Positions 46,727 to 55,745 of a stretch of 55,868 nt of DNA are shown here, in pieces. The stretch comes from a virus. Lineage: Duplodnaviria; Caudoviricetes. Location: IMG/VR virus record IMGVR_UViG_3300009081_000016, positions 1 to 55,868 of that record; one strand, written 5' to 3'. The notes below the pieces were generated by a model. The model made no database searches. It was not told the DNA's origin and saw nothing but the letters and a program-made list of their open reading frames with translations. How positions within the stretch are numbered: the first letter of the stretch is position 1; every line of letters starts with the position of its first letter. Made by a program: the position numbers and the translations under genes.

Positions 46727-47190
46727 TGAACTGCTCCAGTATGCACTTCAAACTTAGGAGGATTACTAATCGGAGCTACCCACAGACAGTCTGCACGAAA
46801 CGGTACCCAAAAGGACGTACCGGGTGCCATAGTAATTGGTGACCCGCAGGAAGGGACGAGTCGAATCATGTAGGTAGAAGTGGTATCGGTGTTTCTCATA
46901 ACAAACCCCGACTGGGTTCCGGTGTTGGAATTCGATAACTTCATTCCCCTTCCCTCTTCGGGGATTCCCATCAAGGTATCAACTTTCATGGAATCAAATA
47001 CCGCACCCGTAAGCCCAAGAGGGCGGTATCTGTTTGCTACTTTATCCAACCCGTATTGAACGGAAACAGGATTTCCGTTGTCATCAATGGGCGTTATCGC
47101 TCCGGTGTTGCTGGGTTGCGCTATGGCATTCGACAAGCCGAAAACAACCAGAAACACAACCATAATGCGGAAAATGATTTGGGTTCTCAT
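46723..47190 (-). CDS. Signal-peptide-bearing hypothetical protein
   Basis: MRTQIIFRIMVVFLVVFGLSNAIA-Q. Confidence 0.7.
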   Translation of the reverse strand: MRTQIIFRIMVVFLVVFGLSNAIAQPSNTGAITPIDDNGNPVSVQYGLDKVANRYRPLGLTGAVFDSMKVDTLMGIPEEGRGMKLSNSNTGTQSGFVMRNTDTTSTYMIRLVPSCGSPITMAPGTSFWVPFRADCLWVAPISNPPKFEVHTGAVQ

Positions 47191-47196
47191 TTTGTT

Positions 47197-48657
47197 CTAC
47201 TCCTCGGGAGTTGAGTGAGGGGGTGGCAAAACAATGGATAACTCAGGGAGAGACTTTATCTCTTCCCCAATAGTTTTCATATCAGAAGTGGACGCATCAG
47301 GGAGCGCACGTCCGGCTATCTTCATCTTTGTTAGGTAAGAGAAGTGCGAACCTAAACGTAATTCCTCCAAAGACATTGCGTCAGCCAACTCAGCGGAAAA
47401 ACTTCGAGGATCAAATTCTTTGGGGTATTGCGCTTTCCATAAACCCTCCCCCGACTTTACCCCCATAAATTTGGATACCGAAGCGGAGAGATTCATTTCC
47501 CCCTCTTCCATGAGAGAAGCAGCGCTGGATAACGCAGCATTTGTGTCCTCGAAATCTATTTCCTTCCCTAATGCGGTGGCGTACACTTCATTAGGATTTG
47601 CGCCGCGAGAGGGGAGAGTGGCCATACGATACATTTCCTGTATCCCAACATGGATCCATTCCATGATCAGTTTGGCCTGAGAAGCATCCGGGGAGATGTA
47701 CTGAGGAGGAAACGGTGTATTCTTTGGATACGTCCATATCTTCGACACCCCCATGATCTGGTTGTTTACTTCGGTTTCCTCCGCTCCAACCACCAATTGG
47801 GAGAAGGTTTGTTCGTACATAATGGTATCCACCAGAGAACACCAATTGTATACCGAACGAGCTAAGATGGAGATGTCCGATATAAGACTGGGGGGTTCCT
47901 CACCACCCAAGGCTCTCCCGTGAGAAAATTCCACATAGGGCACAACACCCCAAGTATTTTCGCCTTCCTCTACCAAAATTAGCGGTTCTTCCTCGCTTTT
48001 GTTCTTGTCACGTCGGAATATGCTAAAGGAATCTCGAGTCCAGAGCTGATACCGAGTCTCCGATTTCCTTTCAATGTTGGGATTTTTATCGTCGCTCCAT
48101 TCATAGGAAAAGAATACCCAGTTGAATTCGCTGTTTCGATCCCGCGACCAGTCCAAAAGCTGGGTAGGCTTGATAAGGGTGAGCCGAGGGAGAAGAGAGT
48201 TGGATACCACCCCCGTAATTATTTTAGGTTCATTTCCGCCCTCGGGACCCCGTATAAGAACACCGACGCGGCCAAAAACACGGGTTAGAGAAGCAATTCG
48301 AGACATGAATACGGCCAGATCAGTCCCTTCGCCATCACAGTTTTTAGCGAAGGAAGAATAACGTTCTTCCTGAGCAGAGTCGACTGCAGTGCGCAGGAGA
48401 GCACGTCCATTTGTGTACTTGGTGTAGGTCTCGACTATGGCCTTAACAAAGTTGAGATAGTACGAACGCTTCCGCCGTGATTCATAGTCGGATGACGATT
48501 CGAATCGGTGGTTAAACAGCATCAACTCTCCTCCTCTGGAAATGGAGGAACCACCGATTTTAGTAGCAGTATATTTATCCCCACCGTCGTAGGCCAGTTC
48601 ATAGAACTGCCATTGGTTATAATTTGCGGTGAAGTTTGGGTGCTTGCGTATCTTCAT
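47197..48657 (-). CDS. Portal protein
   Basis: 486 aa right after TerL; RFES..DY..R..RSYYLNFVK, WGVVP, YISPD. Confidence 0.9.
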   Translation of the reverse strand: MKIRKHPNFTANYNQWQFYELAYDGGDKYTATKIGGSSISRGGELMLFNHRFESSSDYESRRKRSYYLNFVKAIVETYTKYTNGRALLRTAVDSAQEERYSSFAKNCDGEGTDLAVFMSRIASLTRVFGRVGVLIRGPEGGNEPKIITGVVSNSLLPRLTLIKPTQLLDWSRDRNSEFNWVFFSYEWSDDKNPNIERKSETRYQLWTRDSFSIFRRDKNKSEEEPLILVEEGENTWGVVPYVEFSHGRALGGEEPPSLISDISILARSVYNWCSLVDTIMYEQTFSQLVVGAEETEVNNQIMGVSKIWTYPKNTPFPPQYISPDASQAKLIMEWIHVGIQEMYRMATLPSRGANPNEVYATALGKEIDFEDTNAALSSAASLMEEGEMNLSASVSKFMGVKSGEGLWKAQYPKEFDPRSFSAELADAMSLEELRLGSHFSYLTKMKIAGRALPDASTSDMKTIGEEIKSLPELSIVLPPPHSTPEE

Positions 48658-48658
48658 C

Positions 48659-50233
48659 CTACCATCCCACTTGTTTGAAAGGTTTCTTCTTCCGCAATTG
48701 CCAGGCTATGGCCAAAGCGAGAACCAAATCATCATTACTACCCGACTGGGCTTCTACCTTCCCACTTGGTTTCTCTACGAAGGTCAAACATTCCCGCAAC
48801 TGTATCACGTCATGAATAGTAACATAACCATTTAATATCGCATCGGCAAGATCGTCCAACATAATAGGACGACTCTTTCCATCCGTTGACCAACCAGGAC
48901 GAGTTTCGTTCTTTCGGGCAATTTCATCGTAGGAAGTGTAATGATAGATATAACGCTGTGGAACGTGCTCCGCTTCCATCAGAGCGAGAAGCACAGCATG
49001 ACCGTGATTATTGCGCTCTATTCCCCAAAGAACATCCCCGTATATATGAATAGAATGGGCGATCTGACGCGCAAACATCCGAGGGCCAAAACGGCTGTGA
49101 ATTACGGCAACCTCTTCACCTGTCTCCTTATCAAGAATTGCCCCAGCATCGTAATCCCCACCGGATATTCCTTCCGCCGTATCGCCGCCACCAACGTATG
49201 ATCTTCCGGGAACGGGTAATGTATAAACTCTCCAACCTAAAGGTATAGCCGTCCCGTTGGACCAATGCTTCAGTGGCTGCTTCTTCTCAGTAGAATCCAA
49301 TCGTGCCTGAATTCGCCTAACATCGAAGAAGGGTCTCCCGCTGTGAAGAAAGGCTTCCACATCGTCAACCGGAAATTCCTGCGGAAACTTCGCGCGACTC
49401 GTAGACATCGCGGCCCTCTTAACGCGACGCCACTTAATTTGCTCCAGGGTCAGATTGTACTTCTTTATCAGAGCCTTTTCTTCCCGCGTAAGATAATCCG
49501 GACTTTCTGGGTCCAACAACCTTTCTTTTTCCCCCTTCAACAACGGAAGACTGCACTTTGAATCGCCATACCAAGGAAAGAAATGAGGTTTGTATCCTCC
49601 CAATCCAGTTGCTGCTTCTCTCCATCGCGCGAAGAAGTCGTTGTATCCATTAGCCGTTGTTTCGATGGAGATCTCTCCCGTCAACATAGGAACGCACGGC
49701 TCCAACGCTGCCCACGAATCGGTGGGCAACGGCCAATAGGCATACTCTGAACAGTGAAGAAAGTGAACCACTCCGCTTCGACCCAAGCTCTGTGCTTCTG
49801 TAATGTTTTTTCCTGCCGTCGTTATACTAACCCGACTGTTCAATTCAGGAAAAGTCAGTTCCGTTCTGTTGTTCAGTCCAACTTTAGGTCGTAGTTCGTT
49901 GGGTATCGAGTGGAACATAATCTTTAAGTGCTCAAACAAACCATTTGCACTTTCGCCTTCGTGCGTTACAATTAAAGCAACATACCCCTCTCGCGTACAC
50001 ACCCGAGCGAGCGCCTGTCCTAATTTCAGAGAGGAAAACCCCTGACGACGAGCCTTCAATATCAGATCGCGCTTGGTTCTGTTTTCCCAATAAAGTTCCT
50101 GTACGTTGTTGAAAAGAAACGGAACCATACCCCCGGATTCAGACCGAATGTCAAGAAGCGTCTCGATAAAATACCGCTCGTCCTGAAACAGGCTATCTGT
50201 CAAGTCATAATTACTTTTTGGAAAGGCAACCAT
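48659..50233 (-). CDS. terL: Terminase large subunit
   Basis: ILKARRQGFS, LHCSEYAYW, IETTANG, GGDTAEG..DY, IERNNHG, DDLVLALAIA; start reassigned to ATG 50233 (TAATG). Confidence 0.96.
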   Translation of the reverse strand: MVAFPKSNYDLTDSLFQDERYFIETLLDIRSESGGMVPFLFNNVQELYWENRTKRDLILKARRQGFSSLKLGQALARVCTREGYVALIVTHEGESANGLFEHLKIMFHSIPNELRPKVGLNNRTELTFPELNSRVSITTAGKNITEAQSLGRSGVVHFLHCSEYAYWPLPTDSWAALEPCVPMLTGEISIETTANGYNDFFARWREAATGLGGYKPHFFPWYGDSKCSLPLLKGEKERLLDPESPDYLTREEKALIKKYNLTLEQIKWRRVKRAAMSTSRAKFPQEFPVDDVEAFLHSGRPFFDVRRIQARLDSTEKKQPLKHWSNGTAIPLGWRVYTLPVPGRSYVGGGDTAEGISGGDYDAGAILDKETGEEVAVIHSRFGPRMFARQIAHSIHIYGDVLWGIERNNHGHAVLLALMEAEHVPQRYIYHYTSYDEIARKNETRPGWSTDGKSRPIMLDDLADAILNGYVTIHDVIQLRECLTFVEKPSGKVEAQSGSNDDLVLALAIAWQLRKKKPFKQVGW

Positions 50234-50601
50234 TATTTTACTTTGCTGTCTATGGACTTGACTTTTTCCAGAACCAAAGTAACGTTGGTTTCTGTTCGGT
50301 TGTGACAACCACGTGCTTCTGTCGTCCACCCACTAAATTCGGAATGCATGGCCGCTGTCTCGAAATGTAATCGTTCGAGGGTAGCGATCTGCTGCCGCAT
50401 AAGATTCACTTGTTCTTCGGACGTCTTTTGAAAGGCCTCAACCAGAGTCTGAGCTACGACATTGGCATCATTTGTTTTTCGGTTCACGAGAGGCCTGACG
50501 ACCCAGGCGAAGATACCAAATACGACAAAGGTAGCAAATACTACTATCACACCTCCTTCAAGAAGGCGTTGAATAATGGTGGGTTCAAGCACTGGTTCCA
50601 T
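50233..50601 (-). CDS. Membrane-anchored coiled-coil protein (holin-like)
   Basis: One N-terminal TM (GGVIVVFATFVVFGIFAWVV) then coiled coil. Confidence 0.6.
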   Translation of the reverse strand: MEPVLEPTIIQRLLEGGVIVVFATFVVFGIFAWVVRPLVNRKTNDANVVAQTLVEAFQKTSEEQVNLMRQQIATLERLHFETAAMHSEFSGWTTEARGCHNRTETNVTLVLEKVKSIDSKVK

Positions 50602-50625
50602 GGAATAAATCCCTGTTAAATTTTT

Positions 50626-50698
50626 TCGCGGAGCGGGGGACGAGGCCCAAGGAGAACCGTGACCTTACTCCCACCCACAAGACTCCCCCACCCCGCGA
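50626..50698 (-). ncRNA. Structured intergenic RNA with exposed anti-RBS sequence
   Basis: 15-bp stem tcgcggggtggggga/tcccccgctccgcga with two G-U pairs on the minus strand; inner ggag-taaggtcacggtt-ctcc. Confidence 0.55.
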
Positions 50699-50707
50699 TG
50701 AATCAAA

Positions 50708-50992
50708 TTACTTCTTCGGAGGTTTGGGCTTCCCGCCTCCGCTACCTTTCTTACCGCCACCGCATCGGGCCATCTTCTGGATCACCTCCTCCCGAATATA
50801 GGGGATACTATAACACGGCATGTATACCGTATCTCGAGGTTCACCACAAACGAAGATAACAACAGGTTCCCACCGAATCGAATCTCCCAGAGTAACCAAT
50901 TCCGTACTGTCGTTAACGGTAACTTGCCCGGCACGCAACGTTATCGACATCAACAAAAACGGAATAACTTTAAAGAGTAGGCGGAGGCCCAT
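50708..50992 (-). CDS. Small signal-peptide protein; contains in-frame 21-aa mini-ORF (50708..50773) with its own strong RBS
   Basis: AAGGAG before ATG 50992; GGAGGTGA before ATG 50773 (MARCGGGKKGSGGGKPKPPKK). Confidence 0.55.
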   Translation of the reverse strand: MGLRLLFKVIPFLLMSITLRAGQVTVNDSTELVTLGDSIRWEPVVIFVCGEPRDTVYMPCYSIPYIREEVIQKMARCGGGKKGSGGGKPKPPKK

Positions 50993-51713
50993 CGAACCTG
51001 CTCCTTCCTTCGGTGCTCTGTCCCTGCACATGAATGAGACGTATCGAACAACAGAAGTTTTTCCTCCCAAGTCTCTCGGCCTCCGCGCAAATCCAACGAT
51101 CGCTGGCCATATATGGATGGCCTATCTTCATGTACCCGATCTGTTCCAGAAGGTCCTTCGAGTAAAAGTGAAACGCCCCAGTGTTCCATTCCACACTTCT
51201 CATTTCCGGAAACTGATCTGTCCATCGCTCACACTGGTTCAGATGATTCGAATGGCCGATTCCCCCTGCGTGATCGATCAGTGCATCGTCTCCGGTCAAG
51301 ACCGCTCCCATTACTCCGATAAGGGGTTCGTTCTCCCGATAGCAACGAAGTGCTCGGGCCATCCAACCTTCCTGAACGTCGCCGTAACAATCGGGATTCA
51401 TTCCTATGATGTAAGGACCCCCCGCCAAGGTGAGACCCCCGTTCATAGAATTTCCGTACCCGTCCGTTCCTTCTACTGGAACCCAAAACAGGTTCCGATC
51501 GTTCCAGACCATTGTTACTGGCGCAACATTGGAGGAAAATTCGCCCAACAAAATGTTCATAGCACCCACATGATTGGGCGAACTGTGATTGTCTACAACA
51601 ACCAAGTCGAAGTTGGTGTGACCACCATTCTTCAACCCTCTAAGAAACCGAGGAAGAACGTGACTGGAGTTGTGGGTGAGAGTTACAACCGTTATGTGCA
51701 AGGGATCTGTCAT
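50970..51713 (-). CDS. GT2 glycosyltransferase
   Basis: VVTLTHN, VVVDNHS, MNGG, MNPD, DRWIC; ATGA-coupled start 51713. Confidence 0.9.
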   Translation of the reverse strand: MTDPLHITVVTLTHNSSHVLPRFLRGLKNGGHTNFDLVVVDNHSSPNHVGAMNILLGEFSSNVAPVTMVWNDRNLFWVPVEGTDGYGNSMNGGLTLAGGPYIIGMNPDCYGDVQEGWMARALRCYRENEPLIGVMGAVLTGDDALIDHAGGIGHSNHLNQCERWTDQFPEMRSVEWNTGAFHFYSKDLLEQIGYMKIGHPYMASDRWICAEAERLGRKNFCCSIRLIHVQGQSTEGRSRFDGPPPTL

Positions 51714-52495
51714 AGTTTTACGGCCCTTTCGCAGTGACGACAAATTACCAAGCCACCATACAAACACGCTTGTCTCACCGCATTCTTGATGGGGCCTTCG
51801 TATATTTCAGAATAGGTCTGGGAAAATAGATTTCCCAGAACGTGTCTCCGGCCGTAATCCATACAGCATAGAATAACGTCGCCGTTGGGCAAAAGAACGT
51901 TTTGGTCGAAGCGTAAAGAGGCGTAGGAACAACGGATTCCCCCCTCCCGAAGAGTTACTGGCAACAGGGGATTGGTTCCCGCTCGTGAGATCATACTGTC
52001 TTCGATCCAACGATCTTCCGGATACGAATTGAGGAGCCGCTCTCGGATTCGCAGGTTAGGTTGTCCAACGCTCACATAATAGGTTGGGGTAAGCCTCGTT
52101 CCCTTCCGAAAGAGTTCGTTTAAATCCAACCAACGTTGCTCATCGTAAACAAAGGTCGTTCCACCAGGAACATGGACTACGATTTCCCGGAATTCCAGAT
52201 CCCGAAGCATCATTACGTCCCGCTCTCGTAGACCAACCAACGTGGTATACAGAACCATCGTTCGACGCTGCTGCCCTGTGTGAACCATCATGTCGGCCGC
52301 TTCGGGATTCAGAAAGGGTTCGCACATCCCCGAAAAGTCAATCTGAACATCCGGAGGAACTTTGTCTAAGGCCGCAACAAAGTTTTCAAGAGAAAGAACT
52401 CTTTCCCCTTCGTAGTTCAACATCAGCTGCTCCTGCGGGCAATAGGAGCAACCATTGGAGCAGCCAATTTGCGTGGTTATCTCTAAGGTTCTCAT
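51710..52495 (-). CDS. Radical SAM protein with SPASM/twitch domain
   Basis: CSNGCSYC, FSGMCEPFLNP, LPNGDVILCCMD, ICRHC. Confidence 0.9.
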   Translation of the reverse strand: MRTLEITTQIGCSNGCSYCPQEQLMLNYEGERVLSLENFVAALDKVPPDVQIDFSGMCEPFLNPEAADMMVHTGQQRRTMVLYTTLVGLRERDVMMLRDLEFREIVVHVPGGTTFVYDEQRWLDLNELFRKGTRLTPTYYVSVGQPNLRIRERLLNSYPEDRWIEDSMISRAGTNPLLPVTLREGGIRCSYASLRFDQNVLLPNGDVILCCMDYGRRHVLGNLFSQTYSEIYEGPIKNAVRQACLYGGLVICRHCERAVKL

Positions 52496-53232
52496 AGTGG
52501 CCTCTTAGGAAACGCCCGAATACGCTCTTCGCTCTTCTGGAGATGGTGATAATCGGATCCCCAATCATAGGCATCATATACATATGTTACATTGGGGTTA
52601 AACACCACCTCTTCTGGTTCACACTGCTCAGCCATTTCATACATCGTAGCCTGATCTTCCGCCAGGAAGGTGAAAGTCTCCGGTCGCATATTCTGCCATA
52701 GCCCATAACGGAACGTCCGCATGTGCGACATAAGCCAAGGGTGCTTCCGGTAGTCTCGCGTCTCCTTCACTTCGATAGAGTAGGCCGCGCAATGACCAAC
52801 ACGGTCAGTTCCATGAAATCGATACTGACCGTATATGATCTTGGCTTGTGGCAGCGCCTTATACAGATCAGCGTACAGATCCACCACTTGCGGATGGGCC
52901 AGATAGTCGTCTCCGTCCAAATTAAGAATCACGGTATTCGGATGGATCTGATAACACGCAAACGCACGTTGTCGGTTTGCATGCAGCAACATCGTACGGG
53001 ATTCGTTCCGTAACAGAGTAAACGGAACCCGATCTTGATTAGCGATAAGGTCACGGGCCTTCTGATACGTTTCGTCCGTAGAGCAGTCGTCCGTTAGCAG
53101 AAGGGTGAAGTCTTGGTTGGTCTGCTCAAAAACGGAGTTTAGACACCGCTCTATTTTATCCGCAAAGTTCCATGCCACGATGGAAATGATGAACGGAGTT
53201 TTAATCAGTGCAGCTTCGGCTCTCATGTCCAC
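52492..53232 (-). CDS. GT2 glycosyltransferase
   Basis: CLNSVFEQT, TDDCSTD, LDGDD, SHMRTF, ED. Confidence 0.92.
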   Translation of the reverse strand: MDMRAEAALIKTPFIISIVAWNFADKIERCLNSVFEQTNQDFTLLLTDDCSTDETYQKARDLIANQDRVPFTLLRNESRTMLLHANRQRAFACYQIHPNTVILNLDGDDYLAHPQVVDLYADLYKALPQAKIIYGQYRFHGTDRVGHCAAYSIEVKETRDYRKHPWLMSHMRTFRYGLWQNMRPETFTFLAEDQATMYEMAEQCEPEEVVFNPNVTYVYDAYDWGSDYHHLQKSEERIRAFPKRPL

Positions 53233-53858
53233 AACTCCCGAACCTTCACCAAGACTTTGTCCACTATACCGATCTTGGGTTGGTTCAAGTCGCAGAATTT
53301 ACGAGCGAAGTGATAGTCCGGAGTATCCCCCCCACCGAACATGATCTGATGTTTCTGGATCAGTGGCCAGCGAAACAGACCATTCGGTGTTCCAAAGTCA
53401 CAACGAGTTGGGATCGTATCGAGATTTCGGGGCACGGCTTCGCCGTTCAGCAGCATGCGACTGACAACCAGATCGAAATCTTCCTCCACTGCCTTGGCCA
53501 CCATTTCCGAGATCCAACTTGGTGCGTAGCCATCATCATCGTCGGCGAATGCAACGTAATCTATCTGAGGCTTGAACATCGAAACCTGAAACATCATTTC
53601 ATTTCGGACAAAGGATCCAGTGTCACGATGCGGTCCGGAATCGAACTGGAACAGGTTAAAAGTACCCGCCTTTCTTCCCTCTCTGGAGTTGATCAAATCC
53701 GCAAGTAGCATCTTCTTCTCCGTCGAGAGTGTCCCGTCTTCCCCCAAAAAGAGATGCAAGAGGGGATAATCCTGCTTTACCAGTTGCAGAAGAGAACCAC
53801 GACTCTCTTCCGGTGGCCGGATCGTGGGTACCAAAACCGCAACTCGGGGGGTGTTCAT
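53223..53858 (-). CDS. GT2 glycosyltransferase
   Basis: VAVLVPT, GEDG, VRN, YVAFADDDD, PDY; ATGA-coupled start 53858. Confidence 0.88.
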   Translation of the reverse strand: MNTPRVAVLVPTIRPPEESRGSLLQLVKQDYPLLHLFLGEDGTLSTEKKMLLADLINSREGRKAGTFNLFQFDSGPHRDTGSFVRNEMMFQVSMFKPQIDYVAFADDDDGYAPSWISEMVAKAVEEDFDLVVSRMLLNGEAVPRNLDTIPTRCDFGTPNGLFRWPLIQKHQIMFGGGDTPDYHFARKFCDLNQPKIGIVDKVLVKVRELWT

Positions 53859-54400
53859 ATTGCGGCTCCTTCCTCCCGGCAGTATGGAACAGGGGGTTCC
53901 AGTCCCTGTACCCAAAGCGCTCCGTTCTCGATCTCCGTATTATCCGGGAGAAGGGCCAGCGTGTTCTGGAACGCCTCGAACAGCGAAGAACCTGAGCCAC
54001 CGTAATGGCGGTATTCCCGGACAACGGAATCTCCCGACTTAACGTCTTGGAGCAAATTTAGGTGCACTTCGTATCGTTCCGTCTCATTTCCCGGCTCAAT
54101 CACGAACTGGGTGGGGACTTGTTTCTTGATCAGCTCTTCGATGATCACTCTCCAATCCCCATCGGTTCGGAGAGCGTCCAGTTCCTCTCGCCAGTCTTCG
54201 GAAGGCTTGGGGATCTGGAGATTGTTGAGGGTAGCCCATTCCTCGAGAGCAGCGAGAAGAGGACAGCAGTCGCGGGAACTACCAACGGTGATGGATTTCT
54301 CCCGAGTGGTTAGCCAAGCCACTAATCCCAGCAGTGCTCCGTACAGCATTCTGTCCACGGGCGGACTGAGTTCGGTGTTCTGTTCTTTAGACATGGTCAC
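53855..54400 (-). CDS. Hypothetical protein
   Basis: AAGGA before GTG/ATG; coupled to GT2. Confidence 0.65.
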   Translation of the reverse strand: MTMSKEQNTELSPPVDRMLYGALLGLVAWLTTREKSITVGSSRDCCPLLAALEEWATLNNLQIPKPSEDWREELDALRTDGDWRVIIEELIKKQVPTQFVIEPGNETERYEVHLNLLQDVKSGDSVVREYRHYGGSGSSLFEAFQNTLALLPDNTEIENGALWVQGLEPPVPYCREEGAAI

Positions 54401-54408
54401 GGTTTTCC

Positions 54409-55143
54409 TTAGTTAGGACTCGGTAGTGGGATAACGGCATAGTCTTCTTCGGCGTTCTGAATTTCCGGCCGGGACGTTTCGGATATGATGTTTGCATCGG
54501 TAGTCAGTCCTCGTTCCATTCGGCGCTTCTTGATCAGTTCGTCGAAAGAGTGATGTACTTCGGTTTTCTCGATGAAGGTTCCGGCCTCCTGCCCGATCTG
54601 TTTGAGAAGATTGGCAGCAGTCTGTATGTCTTTCTCGACTACGATGTGATGATTCCGGGTCTGTTGGAGACGTCCGTGTTTGTTGTATTTTGGCTGCCCA
54701 TGCTCATCGAGGAGCGTTTCCATCCATTCCAGAACCTTGGTAGGAGTCGGCGTAATCTCGCCGTAAAGTTTAATGAGCTCTTCGATGCGGACTCGGGCGT
54801 GAGCAAGGGGGATGCTTTCCAAATCTCGTACGAAAATTTTGCGGTGCTCGACGTATTGCTGCCATAGTTCTTTCCAGAATTGCTCTTTTCGCTGAAGCTT
54901 CATTCCAGGATCAGCGGATAGCTTGGCTAACCAGCGAGCAATCTTGTCGTAGGAGTTCGGATGAAGGGGAAAGTGGAACTGATTCTCGAAAAGCTGAAGC
55001 GTTTCGTTCTTGGGTCGGAAGGTGGACATGCAAAGAACGACGAAGAGATAGTGCCGGAAGGAGAGTTTCTTCTGGGGTACTTCGGTATTAGGAGAGAAAT
55101 TTGCGTAATTCGTTTGAGGGGGGAAGGGCCCCATTAGCGCCAT
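54409..55143 (-). CDS. Putative terminase small subunit (DUF2280-like)
   Basis: HRKIF..LESIPLAHARVRIEEL...AANLLKQIGQEAGTF; first gene of the late operon; start reassigned from 55506 to about 55143. Confidence 0.6.
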   Translation of the reverse strand: MALMGPFPPQTNYANFSPNTEVPQKKLSFRHYLFVVLCMSTFRPKNETLQLFENQFHFPLHPNSYDKIARWLAKLSADPGMKLQRKEQFWKELWQQYVEHRKIFVRDLESIPLAHARVRIEELIKLYGEITPTPTKVLEWMETLLDEHGQPKYNKHGRLQQTRNHHIVVEKDIQTAANLLKQIGQEAGTFIEKTEVHHSFDELIKKRRMERGLTTDANIISETSRPEIQNAEEDYAVIPLPSPN

Positions 55144-55285
55144 AGTCGCTTTTTTTCCCGAGTCTTCCTGAACGTTCACACCAAACGAGAATGATGGCGC
55201 ATTGCCAGGCAGAGGAGCAGAATGAACATTGCTGGTAGAGCACTTAGAGCCTGATAGACGAGGTGAGCCATCCCCATACGTGCTG

Positions 55286-55411
55286 TAACTCTCCCCACTA
55301 ACTCTCCCACTCTCTCTTACTCTACCTAACTCTTCTACTCTACCTCTCTTTCCTGCTTGCGAAGCAAGCTCTACCTCTACTCTACTCTCCTTCACCTTAC
55401 CCTTCTTCTTA
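55286..55411. repeat. Pyrimidine-rich ACTCT repeat tracts flanking a small palindrome
   Basis: Eight ACTCT copies; G-free 55286-55354 and 55369-55411; gcttgc-gaa-gcaagc at 55355-55369. Confidence 0.75.
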
Positions 55412-55745
55412 GGTAGATACTTGATACGCTCAGTCTCGCTACTCGCAGAATGGCGTATCGCTCTCCTATCATCCAGTATCACTTGCTTACCAACAACGAT
55501 TCGCATAACAGGTTAGCCTCCGGCAGTCGGGTTTACACTTACTTATGTCACTTCCCACCCACTCGCGCGCAGAAGTAACTTAAAGTAACTTGACGCCACA
55601 TAACGTGGCGTATGCTCATAGTATAGGGGGGTACCAACGACCTAACTTACCTAATACCCATGAAAACAAACGCAATCAGCAGACCAACAACAAAACTAAG
55701 AAAACCGGAAAGGCAACGATCAGATGCGTTAAATGCTGACATAAA

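Noticed and set aside
55590-55626. Plus-strand sigma70 promoter TTGACG...TATGCT
   Set aside because: The spacer is 15 nt and no plus-strand gene follows.
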